Shown here one piece after another: positions 1-8,449 of a stretch of 44,315 nucleotides of DNA; the stretch's first letter is position 1, and each line of letters begins with the position of its first letter. The position numbers were made by a program, and so were the translations under genes. The stretch is taken from positions 1 through 44,315 of the forward strand of contig CBDCWP010000032.1 in NCBI GenBank assembly GCA_965223505.1, written 5' to 3'. Source of the stretch: Planctomycetota bacterium (GTDB taxonomy: Bacteria; Planctomycetota; PLA2; JAEUHO01). The notes under the pieces were generated by a model, which saw only the letters and a program-made list of their open reading frames with translations, did no database searches and was not told where the DNA came from.

Positions 1-13
1 TCGGTTCCTTGAG
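1..13. repeat. Terminal overlap (TCGGTTCCTTGAG) identical to 44303-44315; circular assembly junction
   Basis: First 13 nt equal last 13 nt; tape-measure frame continues across the join (...ALTQGTE|SVVDEGTTQ...). Confidence 0.9.
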
Positions 14-1271
14 TGAGCGCGTTCTTGCGGGCCCCGCCCGCGGCTTGGCCAACAGCCTGGAGCGCCGAGAGTCGATCCAACGGGACCTTGCCCACACGTG
101 CCATTCGCTCGATCTCGAGCGCGGCCTCCCTCGCAGCCTTCTTCCACTGACGGAACGTGCGCTCGACCTCCTTTGCCCCTTTCCCGGCGAACGCATCCTC
201 GAGCGACTTCATAGCCTTGCCGGCGCGCTCGTCCAGATCACTCTGGATCTTGTTGATCTCGTCATTGACCGTGCTCAGCGCGCCCTTGATCCCGAGACGC
301 TCGCCGACCATGTGAAGCGACGGATTCATGAACTCGTTCACGTCATGCGCGAGACCTGCGAGCTTCACCAGGCCCTCGGCGATATTCGCCAGCACCTTGA
401 CGATGCCCGCCCCCATGAGCGTGAACCCGGCCCCGAGACCATCGACAACGTCCTTCGCGGTCGCGACCGCCTTCGCAACCTCCTCGACGGCGTCCACGAC
501 CATCTCACCCATGTTGCCGCCTTCAGTCGCGGTCTCGATGAAGCTGTCCGCGATCCCCTTGATGAACGGCGCGAGCTCGACCGACACCTTCTGAATGAGC
601 GCCTCGAGGACGATCCCGGTCTCGGTCAGAGAGTTGTTAGCAGCCTCGACTTGAGCCGCGTCGAGGCGAGACAGACTCAGGCCGAGCCTCTTCATTCGCT
701 CCTCGACGCGCTCGATTTGCTCGGCACCGCCGCGTAGTGTGTTGACGAGCGCGACGCCCTCTGAATCGAAGAGCTTGAACGCGAGCCGGACACGGTCACC
801 CTGGCTCGTCACGTTCTCCATTGCGTCCGCGATGGTCTTGAACTGCTCGTCGACAGAGAGTCGGGAGAGCTTCTCCGCGTCGAGACCGAGTTCCTTGATC
901 GCACCCCGCGCCTCGCCCGTTCCCTTCGCGGCCTCCGCAACACGACGCGTCATGCGCTGCAGGCCGAGTCGCATCTGGTTGACCTGCACTCCCGTCAGCT
1001 TGCCGGCGGCCTCGAGCGCCTGCATCTTCTCGGTCGCGATACCAAGACGATCAGACCACTTCGCAGTGGCGTCGATCGACTCCATCGTGCGCTTGATCCA
1101 GATCGTCAGACCGGCCGCGCCTAGAGCCGCGGTGAACCGGTTCAGAACGAGACTGGCGCCAGGAATCGACTTCACGAACCTGTTGAGATCGCGACGCGCG
1201 CTCTTGATCTTGCCCGTGAACTTGCGCGTTCGCGCCCGCAGAGCAACGTCAAGGGTCCCGATGTTCGCCAT
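1..1271 (-). CDS. Tail tape measure protein, N-terminal part (continues at 44302)
   Basis: ATG at 1271 directly after GT stop; MANIGTLDVALRARTRKFTGKIK... Ala/Gly-rich helical protein; open to window edge; position after tail chaperones. Not in ORF track because it runs off the edge. Confidence 0.92.
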   Translation of the reverse strand, partial: MANIGTLDVALRARTRKFTGKIKSARRDLNRFVKSIPGASLVLNRFTAALGAAGLTIWIKRTMESIDATAKWSDRLGIATEKMQALEAAGKLTGVQVNQMRLGLQRMTRRVAEAAKGTGEARGAIKELGLDAEKLSRLSVDEQFKTIADAMENVTSQGDRVRLAFKLFDSEGVALVNTLRGGAEQIERVEERMKRLGLSLSRLDAAQVEAANNSLTETGIVLEALIQKVSVELAPFIKGIADSFIETATEGGNMGEMVVDAVEEVAKAVATAKDVVDGLGAGFTLMGAGIVKVLANIAEGLVKLAGLAHDVNEFMNPSLHMVGERLGIKGALSTVNDEINKIQSDLDERAGKAMKSLEDAFAGKGAKEVERTFRQWKKAAREAALEIERMARVGKVPLDRLSALQAVGQAAGGARKNALTQGT

Positions 1272-1646
1272 CTACTTGACTTCCTTCGCAACGCCCGCCT
1301 TCATCATCGTCTTGACCCACAGATTGAACTTCTCGCCAACACTCATCGGCTTCTCTTCCTTGCGTAGGCGGGCTCGCTCCGGGTCCAGCTCCGGGAAGAA
1401 GTCAGACGGCTTGAATCTCCTCGCGCTCTGTTTCAAGTACGGGTTCGAGTTGAGCATCAGGGACGCGATCAGCCCGAACCGCGTGTCCTCGCGAAGAGAA
1501 CCGGACGGCTCGAGCCTCTCGAAGCCCATCATCAACTTGAGTTCTTCGGGACTGCATCGTTTGCGCGCCTCCCGCGGAGTCGCCTTGAGCCAGTCGCGCG
1601 CAATGCGCAGAAAGGCCCTTAGTCGGGGGCGCCTTCGGATTTTTCC
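1272..1646 (-). CDS. Tail assembly chaperone GT, frameshift extension
   Basis: -1 frame relative to G, entered at GGAAAAA (1646-1640); ...LEPSGSLREDTRFGLIASLM...FKPSDFFP typical of gpT-like proteins. Confidence 0.75.
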   Translation of the reverse strand, partial: GKIRRRPRLRAFLRIARDWLKATPREARKRCSPEELKLMMGFERLEPSGSLREDTRFGLIASLMLNSNPYLKQSARRFKPSDFFPELDPERARLRKEEKPMSVGEKFNLWVKTMMKAGVAKEVK

Positions 1647-1999
1647 GCTTCGGCCTCGATCTCGGCGTCCGCATCGATCGCGTTGAGCTTCAGACCCTCG
1701 GTGAAGACCGGCATCAACTCTTCGGGGTCCTGGTTCCTCAGCGCGTCGATGTGCTCCTGATCCTCGTAGTCGAGGATCGGCTCGCCCTGCTCGTCGCACA
1801 TGATCAACGCGACCATCTGTGCCATGAATTCGGACGAGGTGATCTCCTCGGCGTCACGCTTCGCGACGAGGTCCTCGAACATGTCACGAAGCCGCAGCGG
1901 TAGCCGGCGAACCCAGACAGGGGCGCCCTTCACAGGGACGGACACCTTCTCCGTCTTTACTTCGCACGGCTGCAGGAACAGATCTCGGGTGTTGCTCAT
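1619..1999 (-). CDS. Tail assembly chaperone G
   Basis: 126 aa acidic protein between tail tube and TMP ending in slippery site (EAEKS). Confidence 0.8.
   Translation of the reverse strand: MSNTRDLFLQPCEVKTEKVSVPVKGAPVWVRRLPLRLRDMFEDLVAKRDAEEITSSEFMAQMVALIMCDEQGEPILDYEDQEHIDALRNQDPEELMPVFTEGLKLNAIDADAEIEAEAEKSEGAPD
1640..1646 (-). promoter_or_regulatory. Programmed -1 frameshift slippery sequence GGAAAAA
   Basis: GCG GAA AAA TCC near end of G; -1 frame GGA AAA ATC open to 1272; conserved lambda G/GT arrangement. Confidence 0.7.
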
Positions 2000-2029
2000 T
2001 TCTGACCCTTCTCAGGAAAGAGGCGCGGC

Positions 2030-2455
2030 CTACGAGCCGGCCGTAAACGTGAGGATGCCGGACCACTGCACCTGGAACGAACCGGTCTTCTTGCCCTTGT
2101 GAGGGACGTTCTGCGACTGCGTGTGACAGATGCCAGTCCCCGTCACCGACGCGGGGTTCGTGTCGTTCGGGTGCGTCTTGTACGTGACCGTCACAGCCTG
2201 CTTCGTCCCGAGCGGGGGCAGCACGCTCGGGTTCAGGTTGTGCTCGAACGTCATGTTGCCGCCGTTCTCGATCACGTCGGCAATGAACTCGATTCCACCG
2301 CGTTCGTTCGAGGCGTTCGGAAGCGTCGAGCCGTGATGCGACGACTCGTGCAGGTCGACGGTCGGGCCGTCCCACGAGAAGTCCGTGATCTCGAAAGTCT
2401 CACCGCTCGCGAAGACGAGCGTCAGGCCAGTGCCTACGTCAGTTCCACCAGGCAT
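2030..2455 (-). CDS. Major tail (tube) protein
   Basis: 141 aa, beta-rich, G-x-G-x-T-L N-terminus, EFI..ENGGNMTF and terminal GSFQVQWSG; RBS AAGGAGG; synteny. Confidence 0.75.
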   Translation of the reverse strand: MPGGTDVGTGLTLVFASGETFEITDFSWDGPTVDLHESSHHGSTLPNASNERGGIEFIADVIENGGNMTFEHNLNPSVLPPLGTKQAVTVTYKTHPNDTNPASVTGTGICHTQSQNVPHKGKKTGSFQVQWSGILTFTAGS

Positions 2456-2470
2456 GTTGCCTCCTTCTCG

Positions 2471-2887
2471 CTACGGCCTCTGATGCCAGACCGTGAACGA
2501 CCAAATGAACTTGAATTCCTTCTTGTCCGTGCCGTCGTCCGGTTCATCCGGAGGCGCCGGCAGCGGTTCGATGTCGGTGATGGCGCACTTCTTCAGCGTG
2601 CCGATGTCGCCCTGGTGCCCGTGAAGTCGAACGCGAAGCGCGTTCTTCAGGGCGCGACGTCGCGCGTTCGTGGGAGACCAGCCCGTGATCTGGAATTGCG
2701 TGTGCGCAAGTGCCGACGCGCCTCCGTGGTGCGTGTCGAACGGATCCGTGATGATCTCGTACTTGCAGTAGTCGCCGGATGCGGAGCTCGGGACCTGGTC
2801 GGGGTAGAGACTCGTCCCCAGGATCCCGGCGACCGTCGCGTCCGCGAGGATGAACGTGCGCAGCTCGCCTTCGATGTCGTAGCTCAT
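2471..2887 (-). CDS. Tail completion/terminator protein (DUF3168-like)
   Basis: IEGELRTFILADATVAGILGTSLYPDQVP...FQITGWS pattern; synteny. Confidence 0.75.
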   Translation of the reverse strand: MSYDIEGELRTFILADATVAGILGTSLYPDQVPSSASGDYCKYEIITDPFDTHHGGASALAHTQFQITGWSPTNARRRALKNALRVRLHGHQGDIGTLKKCAITDIEPLPAPPDEPDDGTDKKEFKFIWSFTVWHQRP

Positions 2888-3339
2888 GCCGCCCGCACCT
2901 CCGACAAGATGAGGCGCCACGTGCGGACGCGCATGATCCGAATGACGCGCCCCTTCATCGACTCGAGTGGGTTGCGGAGGTACGGCCGCGCCTTCACCTT
3001 CTTCGTCCCGAGCTCGATGTGCGCCGGCGAGTACCAGCGGCTCTTCGGCGGGATTCCCATCTCGGCACGCGTCGGCGTGACAACCCGGACGCCGAAGGAC
3101 CCACGGCGAGCCTTCGCAGCTCGAAGCTTCAGCCCGCGCGAGATCTTCAGCGCCGTCTCGGTGGCGTTCGCCGGATTCGTGATCGAAGCCGCGTAGCGCT
3201 TCGCCGCCTGGTGCACGGGCTTGAACGCTGCCCGCATCGCTTTCCTGACGATCTTGCGCTGCACCTTGGTCTCGAGACGCTTCAGCTTCTTCTGGAGCGC
3301 CTGGTCTCCCAGAACGGAGATGTCGATGAAGTTCGCCAC
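2884..3339 (-). CDS. HK97 gp10-like tail/neck component
   Basis: LQKKLKRL..KVQRKIVRKAMRAA and HIELGTKKVKARPYLR motif. Confidence 0.85.
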   Translation of the reverse strand: MANFIDISVLGDQALQKKLKRLETKVQRKIVRKAMRAAFKPVHQAAKRYAASITNPANATETALKISRGLKLRAAKARRGSFGVRVVTPTRAEMGIPPKSRWYSPAHIELGTKKVKARPYLRNPLESMKGRVIRIMRVRTWRLILSEVRAA

Positions 3340-3674
3340 TACGTGAGGACCTCCACCGCCATGACGACCATCTCGTGGTTGCGCTCCATCACGTCGACGG
3401 CGCTCACGATGTCGAAGATCCTCGTACCGAACTTGATGCGCTTGTCGGGCGTCAGGCCGTCGCGAGAACGCAGCCGGATCTTGTGCGTCATGCGCGCTTC
3501 AATTTTGCCGGCGTCCATCGCCTCCTTGCCGACGAACGGCTCGATCGCGGCCCAGACCGTCGCCTCCGTCGACCACGTCTTCGAGGGCTCACCACTCGAG
3601 TCCTGCGACTCGGTGAAGCTCTGAATCTCGACGCGGTGACGAAGTCGACCAGCCCTGACGCGCGACGTTGCCAC
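3339..3674 (-). CDS. Head closure / head-tail adaptor (SPP1 gp16-like)
   Basis: RAGRLRHRVEIQ...DSSGEP..TW...ATVWAAIEP..GKE motif; GTG start overlapping upstream TAG. Confidence 0.88.
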   Translation of the reverse strand: MATSRVRAGRLRHRVEIQSFTESQDSSGEPSKTWSTEATVWAAIEPFVGKEAMDAGKIEARMTHKIRLRSRDGLTPDKRIKFGTRIFDIVSAVDVMERNHEMVVMAVEVLT

Positions 3675-4090
3675 TACGGAACCTGGACCCCGGAAACGTG
3701 GATGTTCAGGTCCAGGACGCTCGCCGTCTTCCCGACGCCGAGGACCGTGACGTAGTCGCTCGATGCGAGATCGCCCTCCGGCGCGATCTTGCCGGGCGTG
3801 CCAGACTGCACGTAGATCTCGCCCACTGTCAGTGCCGCGCCTGCCCCGACCGTGCAGGGACCATCCGTTTGGCCCTCGACGGCCTGGCCGGCGGCCCCGG
3901 TGTTCAGTGCGATCGCCTTCACCGCAGCCTTCGCCTCGGTGTCGTCGGCGTCGCCCAAGTACCACTTGTCGTCCGTGGCGTTCAGGTACATCGTCTCGCC
4001 GGCGTCGATGTCCTCGCCCGCAATGCGGGTCATGGTCGGCTGGCCGTCAGTCGGCTGCACCTGCGCCGGGGTCACTGCAATGTCCACCAT
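3674..4090 (-). CDS. Putative head decoration/cement-like structural protein
   Basis: AGEDIDAGETMYL...WYLGDAD...AIALN pattern; within neck cluster. Confidence 0.55.
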   Translation of the reverse strand: MVDIAVTPAQVQPTDGQPTMTRIAGEDIDAGETMYLNATDDKWYLGDADDTEAKAAVKAIALNTGAAGQAVEGQTDGPCTVGAGAALTVGEIYVQSGTPGKIAPEGDLASSDYVTVLGVGKTASVLDLNIHVSGVQVP

Positions 4091-4102
4091 GGTTCTTGCC
4101 TC

Positions 4103-4681
4103 CTATGCGGCCTCGGGGACCTTCTCGCCCGAGAGCAGTGACTCCACCGCCATGGGCAACACAACGGCGGACGCGTCCAATGCGACCGCCTCGCGGTTCT
4201 CGTACAGGTGGCCGACCAACAGCTTGATCGCCGCCTTGATCGTGTGAGGAACGGCGGATGCACCCCCGTATCCCGCAATAAACTTCACCGTCACAGCGTG
4301 CGGCTGCGAGCGGATGGTGGGCCACGACTGGTCGTAGGCCAGGTAGACACGCCCGGGCGTCGAGTCCGTGTCGACTGTGTACACGCTCGAGGAGAGCGTC
4401 TGCTCGACGCCATCCGTGTCGATATAGCGGATCTCCACGACGGAACTCAGCGGCGGGTAGGGAAGGAAGATCTCGTCCGGGAAACAGTCGAGCTTCACTT
4501 CCCACGTCTGCGTCACGAACCGACGCTCGGTGAACGTCTCCGCGTGCTCGGTGGCAGCCTTGACCAGAGACGAAAGCAGCGCGTCATCGTGCACACCGGT
4601 CACCCGGCAGTGCGTGCGCGCGTCGAGAACCGAAACCGGATCCTCGGTCGGCGCAGTGATGAGCGTGCGTGCGGTCGTCAT
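4103..4681 (-). CDS. Head-tail connector (gp6-like, long form)
   Basis: APTEDPVSVLDARTHCRV...DDALL...VPHTIKAAIKLLVGHLYENREAV. Confidence 0.9.
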   Translation of the reverse strand: MTTARTLITAPTEDPVSVLDARTHCRVTGVHDDALLSSLVKAATEHAETFTERRFVTQTWEVKLDCFPDEIFLPYPPLSSVVEIRYIDTDGVEQTLSSSVYTVDTDSTPGRVYLAYDQSWPTIRSQPHAVTVKFIAGYGGASAVPHTIKAAIKLLVGHLYENREAVALDASAVVLPMAVESLLSGEKVPEAA

Positions 4682-4698
4682 GCTGATTCCAGGAGAAC

Positions 4699-4726
4699 GG
4701 GGGCGCGATCGAACGACCGCGCCCCC
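4699..4726. terminator. GC-rich hairpin after capsid gene block, putative terminator/attenuator
   Basis: GGGGGCGCG-N10-CGCGCCCCC in intergenic gap; no clear U-tract. Confidence 0.4.
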
Positions 4727-4735
4727 GGTGATTGG

Positions 4736-5206
4736 CTACGCGATCGTGGAAGCCGGCGTGAGCGAGTCGTACTGGTGCGTCGGCTCCTGACCGATGTACG
4801 CCACCACGGCCTCGTCGGTCGCGGTGCCCATCGTGATGCGCAGCGCGACGTAGCGCAGCGCGAAGCCGGCGTCCTCGGCCTCCTGGCGGAGTTCCTCCGC
4901 GGTGACCTCCAGAACGCCCCAGTCGCCGACCGCGTCGGCCGCGAGCGCACCACTGTCCTTGAGGACGGTCAGGTTGCTCCCGGCCTGGTCCGTCGCGCCG
5001 ACGATCTCGAGCTTCGTGATGCCGCTCGTGGCGATGGTCGCCATGGCCGCGCCGACAAAGCGGCCGAAGTCGCGCATGTCGAACCAGCGCTCGGTGGTGC
5101 CTCCGTCCGGCGTCGTGACGGCCGCGGCCGTACCACCCGGATCGTGGTCCCACATCTCCATCTTGTTGCGGGACCGGAAGTGCTGACTTGCCTGGGGGGA
5201 TGCCAT
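4736..5206 (-). CDS. Hypothetical virion protein (capsid-associated)
   Basis: 156 aa, RBS AAGGAG, directly downstream of capsid genes. Confidence 0.6.
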   Translation of the reverse strand: MASPQASQHFRSRNKMEMWDHDPGGTAAAVTTPDGGTTERWFDMRDFGRFVGAAMATIATSGITKLEIVGATDQAGSNLTVLKDSGALAADAVGDWGVLEVTAEELRQEAEDAGFALRYVALRITMGTATDEAVVAYIGQEPTHQYDSLTPASTIA

Positions 5207-5235
5207 CTAGTGGTTCTCCTTCTGGGGACGCCCGG

Positions 5236-5523
5236 CTACTCGCCGTCGTCCTCTCGATGCGCCTGGATGGCCTCGGTCAAGGTCGCAACCGTGACCTTGC
5301 CCAGGTCGTCCTTCGTGGGCTCCTTGCCGAGTTCCTCGGTGTAGAGCGCGACCAGCTCGGCCTTCTTCGTGGGAAGGCTGTCGCCGGCGTCATCGCTCTT
5401 GTCCTCGAGCTCCCCGACCCAATGTTCCTTGAGCCAACGAGCTGCGCGCTCGTCGCTCACTTCGATGACCTCGCCCTCCGGCGCACCGCACCGGGAGGCG
5501 TTGAGGACTCGTACCTTCTTCAT
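5236..5523 (-). CDS. Small head-associated protein
   Basis: 95 aa; GEVIEVSDERAARWLK N-terminal motif common after HK97-type capsid genes. Confidence 0.6.
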   Translation of the reverse strand: MKKVRVLNASRCGAPEGEVIEVSDERAARWLKEHWVGELEDKSDDAGDSLPTKKAELVALYTEELGKEPTKDDLGKVTVATLTEAIQAHREDDGE

Positions 5524-5553
5524 GGGTTCACCCTTCGTTTCGGACTGCGTCCG

Positions 5554-6861
5554 CTAGGCGCGGGCGTCGAGCGTGACGAACGGGCTCAGCGTGTTCGCGC
5601 CGTTCTTGGGCGTGAGCGCCGTGCGCCACCACGGAGCACCGGCGTTCTCCATCCAGAACTTGAAGGCCCGCTCGTGGTTCACGAACCGAACGTGCATGGA
5701 CTCGGCGCGCTCGACGTTCTGGAGCGTCCCCTCGAGAAACTCCGACCAGGTCCCAAGGACCAAGTCGCCCTGATCGCCGAGCGTCTTCGCGTACTCCGTG
5801 AAGAAGATCGGGCGGCCCAGGAGCGTGTCCGGAACGTCCGTCCCGTTGCCGGGGTGGAACAGGAACACGTCACCGTTCGTGCCGGCGATGTGGACGCTCG
5901 ACAGCTCGACGTAGGTGTCCGGGTTCGCGAGCCAGACGGCATCGTTGTACCGCCAGCACCGCTGACGCATCTTCAGGATGTTGAGGCCCTGAATCGTGTC
6001 CGCGGCCTGTCCGCCTTCCTTCGGAACCGAGATCAGGCACGGGGAGTTCATCACGCCGGTGAACTCGCCACCACCCACGCCGTTCAGGCGCTCGTTGATC
6101 AGGCGCCCCGCGAACTCGTCGCGGAAGCCGGCCTCGAGCAGGCCGACGATCGAGATCGGGGACCGCGCGATGATCTCCTCGGTGGCGTACGTCAGCCCCA
6201 TCAGAGCCATCGCCTTGAGCTCGATCATTTCGAACTTCATGCGGCTCGACTGGACCTCGTCCGCCTCGGCGCGGCGGTAGACGCGGAGACCGCCCGAGAC
6301 GCTGCTCGTGTGGTCCTTGTCGACCCGGGCCGGGATGTCCAGCACCTGCGTCTCCATCGGGACGTTCGTGACGCGGCCCGCGAGCGGGTCGGCCTCCGCA
6401 CGGACCTGCAGGAGATTCGGAGAGAACGCCTTCGGCGTCAGGAACCCGCCGTCGGGGTCCGAGAACGTGCTCTGCTCGTCGCTGCCGACCGCTGCGAGCG
6501 GCTTCAGCCGGTCGTCGACCAGGCCACCAGCGCCGGCGCGGTGCACGGCGATGTAGAACTGTCGGGCATCTTTGAAGCCCGCCTTCGGGTCCTCCCGAGC
6601 GCCTTCCTTGGCGACGATCGGGTCCTCGCGACCCGTCTTGCGCTTCGGAATGCTCGAGAGCGTCTCGCGATCGCCGTCGATGTCGGCGCGCATCTCGCGG
6701 ATCTGCTCCTTGCGGTCGTGCTGCGCCTGGAAGTCGTCGGCCTCGCCCCTCAGGGCCTTGACCTGCTCGAGCTGCTCGTCGGTGACGTCATCGCCTGCGT
6801 CGGCGAGGATCTTCGACGCCTCGTCGAGCTTGGCCTTCTTCTTCTCCAAAAGGGTGGGCAT
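5554..6861 (-). CDS. HK97-fold major capsid protein
   Basis: Coiled-coil delta domain then DGGFLTP, RRAEA, LNGVGGGEFTGVMNS, TLLGRPIFFTE, GDLVLG motifs. Confidence 0.95.
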   Translation of the reverse strand: MPTLLEKKKAKLDEASKILADAGDDVTDEQLEQVKALRGEADDFQAQHDRKEQIREMRADIDGDRETLSSIPKRKTGREDPIVAKEGAREDPKAGFKDARQFYIAVHRAGAGGLVDDRLKPLAAVGSDEQSTFSDPDGGFLTPKAFSPNLLQVRAEADPLAGRVTNVPMETQVLDIPARVDKDHTSSVSGGLRVYRRAEADEVQSSRMKFEMIELKAMALMGLTYATEEIIARSPISIVGLLEAGFRDEFAGRLINERLNGVGGGEFTGVMNSPCLISVPKEGGQAADTIQGLNILKMRQRCWRYNDAVWLANPDTYVELSSVHIAGTNGDVFLFHPGNGTDVPDTLLGRPIFFTEYAKTLGDQGDLVLGTWSEFLEGTLQNVERAESMHVRFVNHERAFKFWMENAGAPWWRTALTPKNGANTLSPFVTLDARA

Positions 6862-7128
6862 GGGTGCGCTCCTTCGGCGCACACGCGCATTTCCTGGGCC
6901 CGTACTGACCCGCGCGACGTGCGCAATCTGGTTGCTTGCCTTGGAGCGTCAGCACCGGGGCAGTCTCAGCACCCCGGGGCGCTCTCTACGGCGAGAGAAA
7001 ATCGGTGGGCATCACACCGCTTGAACTCAGCAATACGGGGTGCCCTATTAAGTCCCCATTCAACACCAAGGGGGGGACAGCGTCGTTTCCCAGGGAATCG
7101 CGGCTAGGTAGCATGACCGGGAGGCGCC

Positions 7129-7461
7129 ATGGATACGGGGACGATTGCCGGCTGGCTGCTGGGTGGACGAGAGTTCTGGGAGAACGCAGATACGCACGAG
7201 TTCCCGGAGTTTGGAGCCGACGACGTGCGGCTCTCTGCCGTGAAGTTCCCAGCCGGAACACTCAACATCACGGTTGTGGGCCCGTTCGGCAGGGCGGTTG
7301 AGTTCAATCGCCCGGCACCGGCGGTGACGCAGGACCGGCACGGCCGCCCTGGGATCCACGTCGCTGTTCGTTGGGGCGGGAAACTGGGTCGCCAAGCCGA
7401 CCTGCTGTTGAACGGCGAACTGGCGCAAAGTCGAGAGATTCCCCCCGAATCAGACGCTTGA
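7129..7461 (+). CDS. Antisense-oriented inserted gene, LamG/ConA-like motif
   Basis: RBS GGGAGG at 7119; fills gap between protease and capsid; IHVAVRWGG...LLLNGEL. Confidence 0.6.
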   Translation: MDTGTIAGWLLGGREFWENADTHEFPEFGADDVRLSAVKFPAGTLNITVVGPFGRAVEFNRPAPAVTQDRHGRPGIHVAVRWGGKLGRQADLLLNGELAQSREIPPESDA

Positions 7462-7510
7462 TCTCTCGATCGCTCAGGGCCCGGTCGTAGACACGTACGT
7501 CCCTCCATGA

Positions 7511-8449
7511 CTACGAGCCGAGGATATCGCGGCCGAGAGCCGCTCGCGCGCGCCCCGCACGACGCTTTCGGTCAGAGCGCGCGAGCTGCTCGCTGATGGC
7601 ATCGATCGCCTCGTCCGAGGTCTGGATGGCGTCGATCAGGCCGAGGTCCTGAGCCCGCGACGCGAGCCAGGTCTTCCCCGTCGCGATGTCCGAACGCAGG
7701 GTCTTCATCTTGATCCCGCGGCCCTTCGACACCGCCGTCAGGAAGTGGCGGTTCATGTCGTCGATGATCTCCTGGGCGGCCGCGATCTCGTCCTCGGTCA
7801 CCGGAGTGCCGGGGACGCCGCCGCCCTTGAACTTGCCCGTGCTGATCACGTGGACCTTGATCCCCATGTCCTCAGCTCGCTTCGAGTCGTCGATCAGGAT
7901 TCCGAACGTGCCGATGCTGCCGATCTCCGCCGTGTGGTTGGCCGAGATGAATCGGGTCTGGGAGGCGATCCAGTAGGCGGCAGAGGCGCCCATGTCCGAG
8001 ATGTGGGAGAAGACGGGCTTCTGGGCGTCGGCCTGCTTGATCGTGCGGGCCAGATCGTCCGTGCCGGCCACGGTCCCGCCGGGCGAGTCGATGTGCAACA
8101 TGATGGCGTCGACGTCCGGGTCCGCCAGCGCAAGCCGGATCGAGCGCTTCACGCGGATCGTGGAGGTCCCACCGAGGCTCGATTCCCCCTTCATCATCTG
8201 CCCGACGATCGGAACGATCGCGACTCCACCGACGACCGAGTACATGAGCCGGCCGCGCTCCGTGACGATCGCGTCACCCTTCGCCGCGGCGGGACCGTCG
8301 TCGTCCTCGGACTGGCTGCGCATCTGCGCGACGATGATCTCGGTGTCGCCGGCAAGCCACGCAGACGCCGCGGACCGGAACCGGTCCGGGTGCATTAGCC
8401 AGAGACCCATGTGAGCCGAGAAGCACTCAGGCGTGTGCGGGGTGTCCAT
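7511..8449 (-). CDS. Head maturation protease, S49 (SppA-like) family
   Basis: IMLHIDSPGGTVAG, MGASAAYWIASQ, IGSIG, AQDLGLIDAI. Confidence 0.93.
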   Translation of the reverse strand: MDTPHTPECFSAHMGLWLMHPDRFRSAASAWLAGDTEIIVAQMRSQSEDDDGPAAAKGDAIVTERGRLMYSVVGGVAIVPIVGQMMKGESSLGGTSTIRVKRSIRLALADPDVDAIMLHIDSPGGTVAGTDDLARTIKQADAQKPVFSHISDMGASAAYWIASQTRFISANHTAEIGSIGTFGILIDDSKRAEDMGIKVHVISTGKFKGGGVPGTPVTEDEIAAAQEIIDDMNRHFLTAVSKGRGIKMKTLRSDIATGKTWLASRAQDLGLIDAIQTSDEAIDAISEQLARSDRKRRAGRARAALGRDILGS

